64,000 nucleotides of DNA from Firmicutes bacterium UBA4881 (lineage in GTDB: Bacteria; Bacillota; DTU065), in contig DHDH01000001.1 in assembly GCA_002399235.1 (NCBI GenBank), positions 24,594 to 88,593 of the forward strand, written 5' to 3'. A program made the position numbers and the translations under genes. The notes beneath the pieces were generated by a model. It did not search any database. It was not told where the DNA came from and saw nothing but the letters and a program-made list of their open reading frames with translations. The first letter of the stretch is position 1. Every line of letters starts with the position of its first letter. Of this stretch, positions 9,307 through 18,887 are shown piece after piece.

Positions 9307-9323
9307 ATAGCAATACTTTGTAA

Positions 9324-9400
9324 TGGTCGGAGTGCGGGGATTCGAACCCCGGGCCTCTGCGTCCCGAACGCAGCGCTCTACCAAACTGAGCCACACTCCG
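9324..9400 (-). tRNA. tRNA-Pro (anticodon CGG)
   Basis: The reverse complement folds as a cloverleaf: acceptor CGGAGTG/CACTCCG, D arm GCTCAGTTTGGTAGAGC, anticodon stem CTGCG/CGCAG with loop TTCGGGA, T arm GGTTCGAATCC, and an encoded 3' ACCA. Confidence 0.85.
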
Positions 9401-9463
9401 ATTCTTATCAAACTCCCCTAATTATAAACCTGGTTTTTAGGGTTGTCAAAATGATTGTAGCGA

Positions 9464-10705
9464 TTATAGCGAAGGTACAGGTAAGTTAGGTTCCCATCTT
9501 TTCAAGTTTAGATACTTTAACGCACATTCCATATGCGCATTTTGTACATTAAGTAGAGCCAGCTCCTGCTCAATTAACGATATCTTTAATTCTTTTGGAG
9601 ACACTAAGCCTTTTTGATAGCCTTCATTAGCTAGCTGGTGCATTTTTGTAGCATCAGCTAGATTTTCTTTTGCTTTTAACCAGGCTTGGCGTGATTTTGA
9701 ATAAGCTTGTAAAGCTAATTTGGCCTCTGCGTAAAGGGCCTCTTTTTTTTGTGTGAAAAGTAGTTCTTGTTTTTGCAACTCCAGTTCGGTTTTTTGAATC
9801 TGCTTAGCTAAGCTTGGATTAAAGAGAGTCTGACTAAACTCTAATAATACACCGTAGTTGAAACTAGTTTTATTTGCTGACAAATCAATGCTGGTTCCAA
9901 GCTGAGGCTTTTTATTTTGCTTAAGCTTATGGAGCTCTTCTTTAGTTATTCTAAGAGGTTCTTCTAATTGTTCAATTAATCTAGTATCTACATTAAGAGT
10001 ATCGAGTGTTGGCCATTCATAAGAAAAGTTATAGATTAAAGTGTCTAATTCAATGCAACCTAGTTCAGTTTCTAAACTAGATTCCGCTTCATTTAGCTTT
10101 GTTTGTAGTTCTATGACTTCCTGCTGCTTAAGCTGTTCATTTTGGACAGCTTCTTTATAGTCACTAAAAGAGATTAAACCTAAAGAATAGTTTTTCTCGC
10201 TAACTAACAAATTTTCTTTCCCTAACTGCCACGTTTTTTCTTTTATTGGTAATTCTAATCTGCAAGCAAGTACAGAGAAAAATTGTTTGGTGATATTAAG
10301 CTCATTTTCTTGTAGCAAGGGAATACTTTGCTTGGCGCTTTGGTTACTTTTGGGTGGGAAAAGATTAAAAGATACTTTGAGAGAGAGACTTGGATTAGCT
10401 AAATTAAATGATAGGTTAGCATGGGAAATGGGGTTGGCGTTTGTGCTCATATTCAGTAAAAGGGATGTATTATTTTTACTGCCATTAGAAGCACCATTTA
10501 GAGCAATCTGGGTATTGTTATAAAGTTGCTCTCCAAAAGAGAGTGGGGTAGAATTAATCGCATTAATTTGCTTTTCTAAAGCTAATATTTGATTATTAAT
10601 ACCTGATTCGCTTAACAAGAGAGCTTCACTTAGGGTTAAGGCTACAGCAGAGGTACTAAAACAAAGGGTAAGAAGACATAGAAGCAATCGTTTTATTTTA
10701 TTCAT
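9464..10705 (-). CDS. TolC-like outer-membrane efflux protein (OEP family)
   Basis: Signal peptide MNKIKRLLLCLLTLCFSTSAVA. Long coiled-coil-rich sequence typical of outer-membrane factor proteins. Last gene of efflux operon 1. Confidence 0.65.
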   Translation of the reverse strand: MNKIKRLLLCLLTLCFSTSAVALTLSEALLLSESGINNQILALEKQINAINSTPLSFGEQLYNNTQIALNGASNGSKNNTSLLLNMSTNANPISHANLSFNLANPSLSLKVSFNLFPPKSNQSAKQSIPLLQENELNITKQFFSVLACRLELPIKEKTWQLGKENLLVSEKNYSLGLISFSDYKEAVQNEQLKQQEVIELQTKLNEAESSLETELGCIELDTLIYNFSYEWPTLDTLNVDTRLIEQLEEPLRITKEELHKLKQNKKPQLGTSIDLSANKTSFNYGVLLEFSQTLFNPSLAKQIQKTELELQKQELLFTQKKEALYAEAKLALQAYSKSRQAWLKAKENLADATKMHQLANEGYQKGLVSPKELKISLIEQELALLNVQNAHMECALKYLNLKRWEPNLPVPSL

Positions 10706-11738
10706 GCGTGTCCACCTCTAAAGCTTCTGTAGGATACCCTAATTCAAGTAAAGAGATGGCTAGAGAAAGTGAACCATTTTTATACCCTAATTCACCAAGT
10801 GTTACAGCCTCAGAAGCTTCTTCTAGCTCACTTAGAGAGATGAGCCCTAAAGAAAATTGTTCCTTAGCTTCGACTAATTTTGCTTGTGCCTCTTCCCATT
10901 CTCTTTGCATATTATCTATTTGGCGTAAGCGATCTTTTAGTTGAAGTTGCTCCTGTTCTGCTAAAAGATGAATTTCATTTTCTTTAGTTATTAAATCTAA
11001 CTTAAGTAACTCTAACGCGATCTCTTGTTCTCTAATGGTTAAGGCAGCTTCTTCTTGTAATTTTGCCATAGACAAAACCAAAGATTGAGCTTCAATTTGG
11101 TTTTGTAGTTTTTGCAGAGAAGGCTCTTTCTTGATAAGAAGCAGGTGTAACTCATCTTTATCAGGTAATTTTGGTAAGGTAACTGTAGGTATTTCTAGTT
11201 CGAAGTCATGGCCAAGAGGTAGACCGGTCAATTGATTTAACTTCATGATTTGAAGTTGCAGAGCATTTTGGGCTTGGAGCAGAGCCTCATCAGCAACTCT
11301 AACTTTGTTTTTTTGCTGCTCTAATTCAAACTTAGAGCTAAGCCCCTTTTCGTAGCGAAATTCAGTTAAAGTTAAGTTGCGTTTTTCTTTAAGTAGCTGC
11401 AGTTTTTTTTCTGTGAGGTTAGTTTTTGCTTCGATAAAGTTTAAGGCTTGTTTTTTGGTATCAATTTTGATTTGATTTTTCATAGTTGTAAGCGATTTTT
11501 CTGCTTCATACCAGGCTTTTTCTTTTTCTAAAAGAGTTTTTTGAGGGAGAGTATACTCTTTATGCTTAGCTCTATTATAATCAATGGCTGTTTGTTCTAA
11601 GATTAGTTCAGCTTTCTTTAAGGAGATGCTATTAGCTATAGCCATTTTTTCAAATTCCAGAAGAGAATAAGCCCCAGCAGATAAAGAGAGTAAGACTAGC
11701 ATTAGACTAAGAAGTGCTAGCCTAGATCTTTTTCTCAT
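10698..11738 (-). CDS. TolC-like outer-membrane efflux protein (OEP family)
   Basis: Probable start is ATG 11738 (MRKRSRLALLSLMLVLLSLSAGA signal peptide) after TAGGAGG. Coiled-coil repeats. Overlaps the next TolC-like gene by 8 bp. Confidence 0.6.
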   Translation of the reverse strand: MRKRSRLALLSLMLVLLSLSAGAYSLLEFEKMAIANSISLKKAELILEQTAIDYNRAKHKEYTLPQKTLLEKEKAWYEAEKSLTTMKNQIKIDTKKQALNFIEAKTNLTEKKLQLLKEKRNLTLTEFRYEKGLSSKFELEQQKNKVRVADEALLQAQNALQLQIMKLNQLTGLPLGHDFELEIPTVTLPKLPDKDELHLLLIKKEPSLQKLQNQIEAQSLVLSMAKLQEEAALTIREQEIALELLKLDLITKENEIHLLAEQEQLQLKDRLRQIDNMQREWEEAQAKLVEAKEQFSLGLISLSELEEASEAVTLGELGYKNGSLSLAISLLELGYPTEALEVDTHE

Positions 11739-11751
11739 AATGATAAACCTC

Positions 11752-12474
11752 CTAGTTAGCATGGAGAAGATTAGCAACATACTCGACAGAATTACGTTCT
11801 GTAAGCATTGCATCAAGAGAGATTAAGCCATCTTGAAGTTTCAATAGTCTTTTAGCTCTGGAGCCAACATTAGCATCATGGGTGACTAATACTACTGTTA
11901 CTCCTTCTTCATTTAACTGGCAAAACATGTCTAGAATCTCTTCTGATTGTGCACTAGCTAGGTTACCAGTAGGTTCATCACCTAAAATTAGTGTTGGGTC
12001 ATTGGCGAGAGCTCTAGCAATTGCTACCCTTTGTTGTTCGCCACCAGAGAGTTGATTAGGATAATGCTTGGTTCTTTTTTCTAAACCAACTTTCTTTAAA
12101 AGTTCGTAGCCACGATCTTTTTGTTCACTTTTGGGTACCTTAGCATACATCATTGGTAAGCAAACATTATCTAGAGCATTAAGTTCTGGCAATAGATTGT
12201 AGGCCTGAAAAACAAAGCCAAAGTGCTCGTTACGAATACGGGAAATTTCTTTATCACTAAGGCCGGTGATATCAGTACTTTCGAGAAGATATTCGCCACT
12301 ATCAGGCAGATCAAGGCAACCAAGTATATGCAATAAAGTCGATTTACCTGAACCAGAGGGGCCCATAATAGCTAACATTTCGCCTCTATCTATCTTTAAG
12401 GAGACACCTTTCAAGGCCTCTACCAGGTTATTACCAAGACGGTAGATCTTTTTAATCTCTTTTAATTCAATCAT
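11752..12474 (-). CDS. ABC transporter ATP-binding protein (MacB/LolD-type)
   Basis: Walker [10 protein letters not shown], signature [14 protein letters not shown], Walker [13 protein letters not shown]-loop VTHD. Start ATG 12474 after GGAGGCAGAGCAA. Its ATGATTGA start overlaps the HlyD stop. Confidence 0.85.
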   Translation of the reverse strand: MIELKEIKKIYRLGNNLVEALKGVSLKIDRGEMLAIMGPSGSGKSTLLHILGCLDLPDSGEYLLESTDITGLSDKEISRIRNEHFGFVFQAYNLLPELNALDNVCLPMMYAKVPKSEQKDRGYELLKKVGLEKRTKHYPNQLSGGEQQRVAIARALANDPTLILGDEPTGNLASAQSEEILDMFCQLNEEGVTVVLVTHDANVGSRAKRLLKLQDGLISLDAMLTERNSVEYVANLLHAN

Positions 12475-13762
12475 TTGCTCTGCCTCCTTCAAGATTAACG
12501 ATGATCTCTTTTTGATCTTTATAAGCTTCATAGGAACTTGTAATCACAATATCGCCTTGATTTAAGCCTCTTTTTATTTCAATTAAATTACCATCATAAG
12601 CGCCATAAGTAACATCTGTGCGCAAAGCTTTTCCATCTATGATCTTATAGACGAACATATTCTGACCACTAGTAACATAAGGGCCACGAGGCAAACAAAT
12701 AATATTATCTCTTCTGCCAGTTTCGATTTCAGCTTGAGCTTCGGTAGTAGGTAAAATAAAACCCGGATCAGCTAAAAAAACAATATCGGCTAGGATATGA
12801 GCGCTACCTTTATCAGCACTTATGGCATAAGATAATTTTTCAATAACCCCTTGGTGGGTACGACCAGCAATTTTCACATTTGCTTTCATACCTTCATTAA
12901 CACGATCTGCTTCTTGGGCTGTGATCTTTACTTCGACAAAAGGGTTATCAACGGTAACAAGTTTAAGAAGCAAGGCACCAGCATTAATCTCTTCGTCAGT
13001 TTTTACGGCTATTTCCAGGACTTTACCAGAAAAAGGAGCGATTAGAGTGTTTTCTTGGCTGATTTTTTCTAACTCAGCTAACTTTTCAGTAGTAACTCGA
13101 ATCTGAGTAGTGGCAGCATCGATGGCTAGGGAATTAGTTAGTTTAGTTTTTTCAACATTTTTTTGTTTAACAAATAATTCTTCTTTTGCTGTGAGTAAGG
13201 CACTTTGAGCTTCTTCTAGAGCTCTTTTACTAGTTGTGCCTAAGCTATACATCAGTTCTTTTTCTTCAAGGTTTTCTTGAGCATTCCGGACTGCTTTTTC
13301 TTGTTCACGTATAGACCACTCGATCTTTTGCAACTCTAAGTCAGCATCAATTTTCGCTTTTTCTAGTTCTACCTTGGCTTTAGCTAAAAGTTCTTTTTGC
13401 TCTTTAAGGCTATTTTCCAGTTCTGGAGAGGTTAACTTTAATAAAAGGTCTCCTTTTTTCACTTCATCACCAGAGTTTATATAAACATTATTAATCTTTC
13501 CTTTATAACGAGAAGTAGGAGTCCAACTTTCTTTAGCTTTAACACTCCCTGTAGCTCGAACAAATTCTCTAAACGTAGCTTCTTTCACCGTAGTATAAGT
13601 ATAATTATCTAGTTTGTAGACCTTGTTTTTCGGGATGAAAATATATGCTGGTATGGCTATTAAGAAGGCTAAGACAACTAAAACAAAAATCGTTAAACTG
13701 AAATCTCGTTTTGATTTTTTAGGCCTAGGTTTATTGATGATAATGGGTTTATCTTTGTGCAT
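12467..13762 (-). CDS. HlyD/MacA-family periplasmic adaptor (membrane fusion protein)
   Basis: N-terminal TM anchor. A biotinyl/lipoyl-like half (GDEVKKGDLLLKL), a long coiled coil, and a C-terminal β-barrel domain. Start ATG 13762, 6 nt after AAAGGAGGA. Confidence 0.75.
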   Translation of the reverse strand: MHKDKPIIINKPRPKKSKRDFSLTIFVLVVLAFLIAIPAYIFIPKNKVYKLDNYTYTTVKEATFREFVRATGSVKAKESWTPTSRYKGKINNVYINSGDEVKKGDLLLKLTSPELENSLKEQKELLAKAKVELEKAKIDADLELQKIEWSIREQEKAVRNAQENLEEKELMYSLGTTSKRALEEAQSALLTAKEELFVKQKNVEKTKLTNSLAIDAATTQIRVTTEKLAELEKISQENTLIAPFSGKVLEIAVKTDEEINAGALLLKLVTVDNPFVEVKITAQEADRVNEGMKANVKIAGRTHQGVIEKLSYAISADKGSAHILADIVFLADPGFILPTTEAQAEIETGRRDNIICLPRGPYVTSGQNMFVYKIIDGKALRTDVTYGAYDGNLIEIKRGLNQGDIVITSSYEAYKDQKEIIVNLEGGRAND

Positions 13763-13774
13763 TTTCATCCTCCT

Positions 13775-15004
13775 TTAATCGCGTAATGATTCTACTGGCG
13801 AATATTGAGCGGCTTGGTAAGCGGGGTAGATGCCAAATAAACCACCCACAATGCTTGCTAAAGCAAGAGAAAGCAAAGCGGCTTGCCAGGAAAGAGAGCT
13901 TTGTGTAGTTTGCATGTTGATATACATAAAGTTTAATATCTTACCGACGTTGAAGAAGCGAGATACTATAGCAGCTAGAATTAGCCCCATAAAGCCACCG
14001 ATGTTAGAGAGCATGATTGATTCATAAAGCATTTGGCCAAAGATGGTTCCTTTTGTCGCACCCAGAGCACGACGTAGTCCTATTTCTCTTGTTCTTTCTA
14101 AAATGTTTACCAACATAATGCTTAAGATGCCAATTGAACTTACAACTACCGCAGCAAAAGCAAGGATGCCTAATATTTTTAGAAAGCTATCTGTTGAACT
14201 TTTAATTTGATTTAATAAGGTTTGGGCAGTATCGATAGTTACTTTAGCTTCAGGACCACATTCTTGGAAGACAAGTTCTTCAATGGCTGATTTGATCTCG
14301 GTAAATTGGTTTTTCTCTATTCTTAGCGAAAATTCTACAAAACTCTCACTAATCATATAAGACGGAGGAGTAAGCACCATATTGACTGGTCCTAAAAGCA
14401 TAGTGATTGTAGGGGGTAGTTCTTTAAAAACACCAGTAACTAGGTAATTAGTGGGTTCGCTATCTTTGCTCGTAGTTACACCAATAGTCTCACCTAAAAC
14501 ATCAGTTGTGCCAAACAGGGTTTTAGCTAGGGCTTCGGAAATAACCGTTTTATTATCTTTTTCTTCAGCTTCTGTATAGAAGGATCCGTTAATAAATTCG
14601 AGGGGAAATGTTTGATTAAAGGATGCTCCTGCACTAAAAGCTCCTACAGGTCGATAGAGATTTTTATCTACTAATAACAAATCATGAAAATAATTTTGCG
14701 AAGAAATTCCTAAAATGCTATTAGTATTGTTCGCTAATTCTTGGAGCAACTTTGAACTTAACCGCTTATTCCCCATGGCGTGAATTATATTACCATCTTC
14801 CATTTTTTCTTCTTCAAAGATCGATACTTGCAGAAATTCTTCGCTTGTTTGGGAAGCGGTATTGTTTATCATATCGGTGAGGCCAAAATGAATATTAAAG
14901 ATTAGAGCTGCTGCTAAAACTCCTAAAGCGATCTGTAAGGTAGTCAAGATAAACCTCAACGGTCGCTTTTTAATCATAAGCAGGAGGAATTTAAAGTTTT
15001 CCAT
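13775..15004 (-). CDS. ABC transporter permease, MacB-like periplasmic domain plus FtsX 4-TM domain
   Basis: Start ATG 15004 after GAGGAGG. N-terminal TM, large periplasmic domain, C-terminal FtsX-like helices ending ..AAQYSPVESLRD. Confidence 0.75.
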   Translation of the reverse strand: MENFKFLLLMIKKRPLRFILTTLQIALGVLAAALIFNIHFGLTDMINNTASQTSEEFLQVSIFEEEKMEDGNIIHAMGNKRLSSKLLQELANNTNSILGISSQNYFHDLLLVDKNLYRPVGAFSAGASFNQTFPLEFINGSFYTEAEEKDNKTVISEALAKTLFGTTDVLGETIGVTTSKDSEPTNYLVTGVFKELPPTITMLLGPVNMVLTPPSYMISESFVEFSLRIEKNQFTEIKSAIEELVFQECGPEAKVTIDTAQTLLNQIKSSTDSFLKILGILAFAAVVVSSIGILSIMLVNILERTREIGLRRALGATKGTIFGQMLYESIMLSNIGGFMGLILAAIVSRFFNVGKILNFMYINMQTTQSSLSWQAALLSLALASIVGGLFGIYPAYQAAQYSPVESLRD

Positions 15005-15020
15005 GTTATACCTCCTCAAT

Positions 15021-16295
15021 TTATTCTGCACGTAAAGCATCAACAGGGTTGATACGTGAAGCTTTAATAGCTGGATAAATACCAAAAATTAAACTTACCG
15101 TAAGACTAGCACCTAAACTGAGAAAAACAGTAGGTAAAGAAATGGCGAATATTTCTCCTAATGATTTTAAAAGTGGTGTAGCTAGAGCAACTAATCCTAA
15201 ACCAACAAGACCACCTAAAAGGCCTAAGCTTAGCGATTCAATTAAGAACTGCCAAAAAATATTGCTTTTACTAGCACCGATAGCTTTCGAGATACCAATA
15301 CTTTTAGTTCTTTTAAGAACCCGGGCCAACATTAGGTTGAGAATATTCAAAGAAGCAATAAACAAAGCCAAGGATGCTAGGCCACCTATAAAGATTAACA
15401 TCGGTTGCATTGATTTTAAGAAGAACTGCAATTCTTCACGGGCACTTTCTACAGACAAGGAATCACCATACCTAGCTAGGAGGTAGTCCTTTACTTTAGC
15501 TGTTGGATCGTCATTTTTAGGTACTAAGGTAATACTGCTAAAAATGGGATCGTTTGTTTGGTTGCAATTATGTCTAGGCGAGAAGATGTATCTATTCATC
15601 TCGCTTCTAAACCAGGAAAACTGAGTATAACGTTCGGGTATTTCTTCGGGTACCTTTTTCAAAACGCCAATTACAGTAAGAGGTGTATCGATGTGTTCAA
15701 GTTCAATTAATTGGCCAAGAGGGTCTTTATCAGGGAAGAGATCTTGAGCTAAATCGTAACCTATTACAGCAACTGCTTCTTGATTTTTAAAATCGTCAAG
15801 TGTATAAAAGGAACCCTTTTCTAACTCGCCATTTAAAAAGGTAATTAAATTAGGCAAAGTCCAAATAATTGTTAACCAATTTGGATCAGGTCCACTGCGC
15901 CAATCAGTTTCATTCATTGGTGGAGCTCCCTTTAGTCTACCTCCTTGATGTTCATAGGCGAGGATAGTATCAATCTCGGGTATAGCTATTTGTAAATCTT
16001 CGATAAAATCTAAAGAAAGTTTTACTTCTTCAGCTTCAATGCTGCCTACTAGCTGAGCTGGAATTTTATTACCTGATTTATAAAACGTCCTATAATCGTC
16101 AACTTTTTGTTGAATTGTAATGGTGTTTTGCTCGGGGTCGGACATATTTAATTCTCTAGTTCCTTTAATAACTACAGTACCGACAACTGAAAGAACAGCT
16201 ACTCCTAGGGAAATAGCTAATATAATTAAAAGAGATTCAAAAAAACGTGAACGTATCTGTCTAGATGTCCAGGAAATAAGTTGACCTAATCCCAT
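15021..16295 (-). CDS. ABC transporter permease, MacB-like periplasmic domain plus FtsX 4-TM domain
   Basis: Start ATG 16295 after AAAGGAGTGAGAGT. Same architecture as its neighbour. C-terminus ..ASRINPVDALRAE. Confidence 0.75.
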   Translation of the reverse strand: MGLGQLISWTSRQIRSRFFESLLIILAISLGVAVLSVVGTVVIKGTRELNMSDPEQNTITIQQKVDDYRTFYKSGNKIPAQLVGSIEAEEVKLSLDFIEDLQIAIPEIDTILAYEHQGGRLKGAPPMNETDWRSGPDPNWLTIIWTLPNLITFLNGELEKGSFYTLDDFKNQEAVAVIGYDLAQDLFPDKDPLGQLIELEHIDTPLTVIGVLKKVPEEIPERYTQFSWFRSEMNRYIFSPRHNCNQTNDPIFSSITLVPKNDDPTAKVKDYLLARYGDSLSVESAREELQFFLKSMQPMLIFIGGLASLALFIASLNILNLMLARVLKRTKSIGISKAIGASKSNIFWQFLIESLSLGLLGGLVGLGLVALATPLLKSLGEIFAISLPTVFLSLGASLTVSLIFGIYPAIKASRINPVDALRAE

Positions 16296-16406
16296 ACTCT
16301 CACTCCTTTGGAACAAGTATACAATATTAAACTGCCCTACACCATTTTTAATCCTTACAGGTCAGATAATAGTCTTACAATTTTGCAAGGTATTTTTTAC
16401 CTACAT

Positions 16407-16441
16407 TATTACACCATCTCTAAAAAGAGATGGTGTAATAA
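16407..16441. repeat. perfect 14-bp inverted repeat (ATTACACCATCTCT-AAAA-AGAGATGGTGTAAT)
   Basis: Seen directly in the sequence, about 110-145 nt upstream of the first gene of efflux operon 1 and downstream of the GGDEF gene. No U-tract on either strand, so it looks more like an operator than a terminator. Confidence 0.4.
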
Positions 16442-16536
16442 TGAAATTTCTAAAATTGAGGTAATAGTTTCAAGTGGAGTTAGTTTAGCGTTTGAGGTTA
16501 ATAACTGTTAGCGTTAAGATCATTGAAAATTAATAA

Positions 16537-18717
16537 TTAACCAACTCTATGGTTGTCGTCGGGTGAAGTATTGCCTATAAGACCCTTGCGTTTGGCTTTA
16601 TCGGTATACATGTTGTCATCGGCAAGACGAAAAACCTTAAAAGGATCGTTACCAAAAGCAACACCAACCGAAGCTTCAATACCTTCTTGCTTAAAAGTTT
16701 GGCGAATTTTAGTACTTAATGTAGTTAGTTCAGTTTCGTTAAGACCTGTTATGATCGCTGCAAATTCATCGCCACCAATGCGTGCTACTATATATTCAGG
16801 CAGCCCATTTTCTAAGACAGCAGCTATCTTTTTAATTAATTGATCCCCTTTGACATGACCATAGGTATCGTTTACTATTTTCAAATTGTCTAAGTCGGTA
16901 ATTAAAATAGCTAAATCTCCTTTTTTATTAGCTAAGGCTTGATCAAAGTAAGTCCGATTATAAAGACCAGTTTGTAGGTCGTGGTGGCTGAGGAATGCTA
17001 GCTCATCTTTGAGGGCTGTTTTTGTCACTTCGGAAGCGATGGCACTAGCCAGTAATTCTAAGATGTGAGTATCAGGTGGGAAAAGACTTTCGGCAAAATA
17101 AGATAACACAATAAAGCCTTGGGAGTTAGATTTAGCTTTTAACGGTATCACAATACGATGAAGATTAGGAGGATTATGGAAAATAGTAATACTATCTAAT
17201 TCATAATAAGCTTTCAACGAAGTTGTCTTATAAATGTCGGAAGCGAAGTTACCTTGGATCTCTGCTTGGAACACTCGCTTACCATATGTAAAACAAGCGA
17301 AAGCAGAGTCAGCTGAGGTGATATTAAATAGTTCATGTAAAGCCAATTCCAGCAGTGATTGTGTATCACTAGTTTCTTTAGATTGGATACGATATATCAT
17401 CTCTAATTCAAGATTACGGCGTCTAAGGTTATTTTCTTGTACATGTTTTAAAGTTACATCTTCTAAAAGCACGAGAATACCTCTAGGTTCATTATCATCT
17501 AGTAGTGGTGCTAAAGTAATTTTAAGAATGCTGTGACCATTTTTTTTCTCAAAAGAATATGGTTGATGAGTTTCTAAAATATATTCTAAAAGTTTGCCTT
17601 GCATAATAGCGTTTTTACGCATATCTACACTACTAGCTGAACTGATACCAAGGAGAGTGAGTCCAGGTTCATTGGCATGAATTATTTTGCCATCTAAATT
17701 GAAAGCAATTACACCCAAGGGCAGACTTTGTACTAAAGAACGAAATAGTTCTTCAGAAAAGGTTAGATTAGTTAGATCTTTAGATATCCCAAGGAACACA
17801 GGTACCTCATGGGGAGCAGAGAGAATGGGGGTAATTGTGGTTAGATAAACTCTTTTGCCGTTAGGGGTTACCATAATATCTTTAAATGTGACTGGCTCAC
17901 CTAGGGTTAAGGCCTTTTGATAGTTTTCTACTAAATTGGTATGGTTTTTAGGGAAGAGTGAGGCAACTGGTTTACCAACTACATCATCTAGAGTTAAGCC
18001 AGTTGAACTTAGATAAGCATTGTTGACAGTAATGAATGGGAGATCTTCTGTTGCTTTGAGTAAGAAAATAGCATCAGAAGCTTCATGGAACAAAGTTTGG
18101 TATAGATTTAGTGAGGATTGAACTCTTTCTTCAGCTAATTTTAATTCGGTAATGTCCGAAACAACTATGGCATAGCAGGTTCTATCCCATTCGAAAAATG
18201 GTATTACTTTTCCCTGTAATTGTTTTTCTTTATAAGTAAAATCTAAAGTATAACTGGTTATGGAGGCAAAAGCCTCTCTAAAGGCTTGTTTATCAACATC
18301 ATTAAGTAAGGAAGTAAAGGAAGTATTAGCTATTTTTAAGGCAAATAAATCATGGGCTTTGTGGTTAGCAAAGGTTATTTTACCATTAGCATTGACAATT
18401 AAAAGTCCTTCATGGGAGTGTTCTATTACTAGCTCAGGAAAGTTAGTAATAGAACTATAACGGAGTTTTTTCGCTAAAATGAATAATATAACGCTAAAGA
18501 TGATAAGTATTATGGCGTTTGTAGTATAATTGTTAAATAGAGCACTAGCTATGATGAGGGAACTACCTAAAAGGTAAAGATCGAAAGAGACAAAAAAAGC
18601 TAGAGCTAGAAGAAATATTGATCCTACAAATAATTGTAAGCTAGCCTCTGGTAAAAAAGTAGCAATTACAATTAGGGAAATTATGAGGTAATGAATCTTT
18701 TTTGTGATTCGCAACAA
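16537..18717 (-). CDS. membrane-anchored multi-PAS sensor diguanylate cyclase (GGDEF)
   Basis: About 90-aa N-terminal TM region, several PAS-like segments, and a C-terminal GGDEF domain with an intact RIGGDEFAAI motif. Confidence 0.8.
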   Translation of the reverse strand: MLRITKKIHYLIISLIVIATFLPEASLQLFVGSIFLLALAFFVSFDLYLLGSSLIIASALFNNYTTNAIILIIFSVILFILAKKLRYSSITNFPELVIEHSHEGLLIVNANGKITFANHKAHDLFALKIANTSFTSLLNDVDKQAFREAFASITSYTLDFTYKEKQLQGKVIPFFEWDRTCYAIVVSDITELKLAEERVQSSLNLYQTLFHEASDAIFLLKATEDLPFITVNNAYLSSTGLTLDDVVGKPVASLFPKNHTNLVENYQKALTLGEPVTFKDIMVTPNGKRVYLTTITPILSAPHEVPVFLGISKDLTNLTFSEELFRSLVQSLPLGVIAFNLDGKIIHANEPGLTLLGISSASSVDMRKNAIMQGKLLEYILETHQPYSFEKKNGHSILKITLAPLLDDNEPRGILVLLEDVTLKHVQENNLRRRNLELEMIYRIQSKETSDTQSLLELALHELFNITSADSAFACFTYGKRVFQAEIQGNFASDIYKTTSLKAYYELDSITIFHNPPNLHRIVIPLKAKSNSQGFIVLSYFAESLFPPDTHILELLASAIASEVTKTALKDELAFLSHHDLQTGLYNRTYFDQALANKKGDLAILITDLDNLKIVNDTYGHVKGDQLIKKIAAVLENGLPEYIVARIGGDEFAAIITGLNETELTTLSTKIRQTFKQEGIEASVGVAFGNDPFKVFRLADDNMYTDKAKRKGLIGNTSPDDNHRVG

Positions 18718-18887
18718 CTATCCCTCCAGAGATAAGTGGAAACACAGTTATGTGTTTAATATTAAAATAACTTTATCGAAAAAGTAGCAGGGTTACATCA
18801 ACGAATAGAGAATAACCCTCATTTGAACAGATGATCTTACTAGCTAGGTTTTCCCTAGCTTTGCATTTAGGAAGGAGAAATCGCACA

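Noticed and set aside
8626-9323. Prophage/integrative element attachment at tRNA-Pro
   Set aside because: No integrase, excisionase or direct repeat of the tRNA 3' end was found in the adjacent 6 kb. Only compositional hints remain, reported as a low-confidence finding.
10287-10944. Plus-strand ORFs 10287..10523 and 10708..10944 inside the TolC-like genes
   Set aside because: Antisense shadow ORFs within coiled-coil-coding DNA.
12851-18460. Assorted 60-115-aa plus-strand ORFs inside the minus-strand efflux and GGDEF genes (12851, 12921, 13830, 15142, 16308, 16553, 17234, 18260)
   Set aside because: All are embedded antisense in well-supported longer genes.
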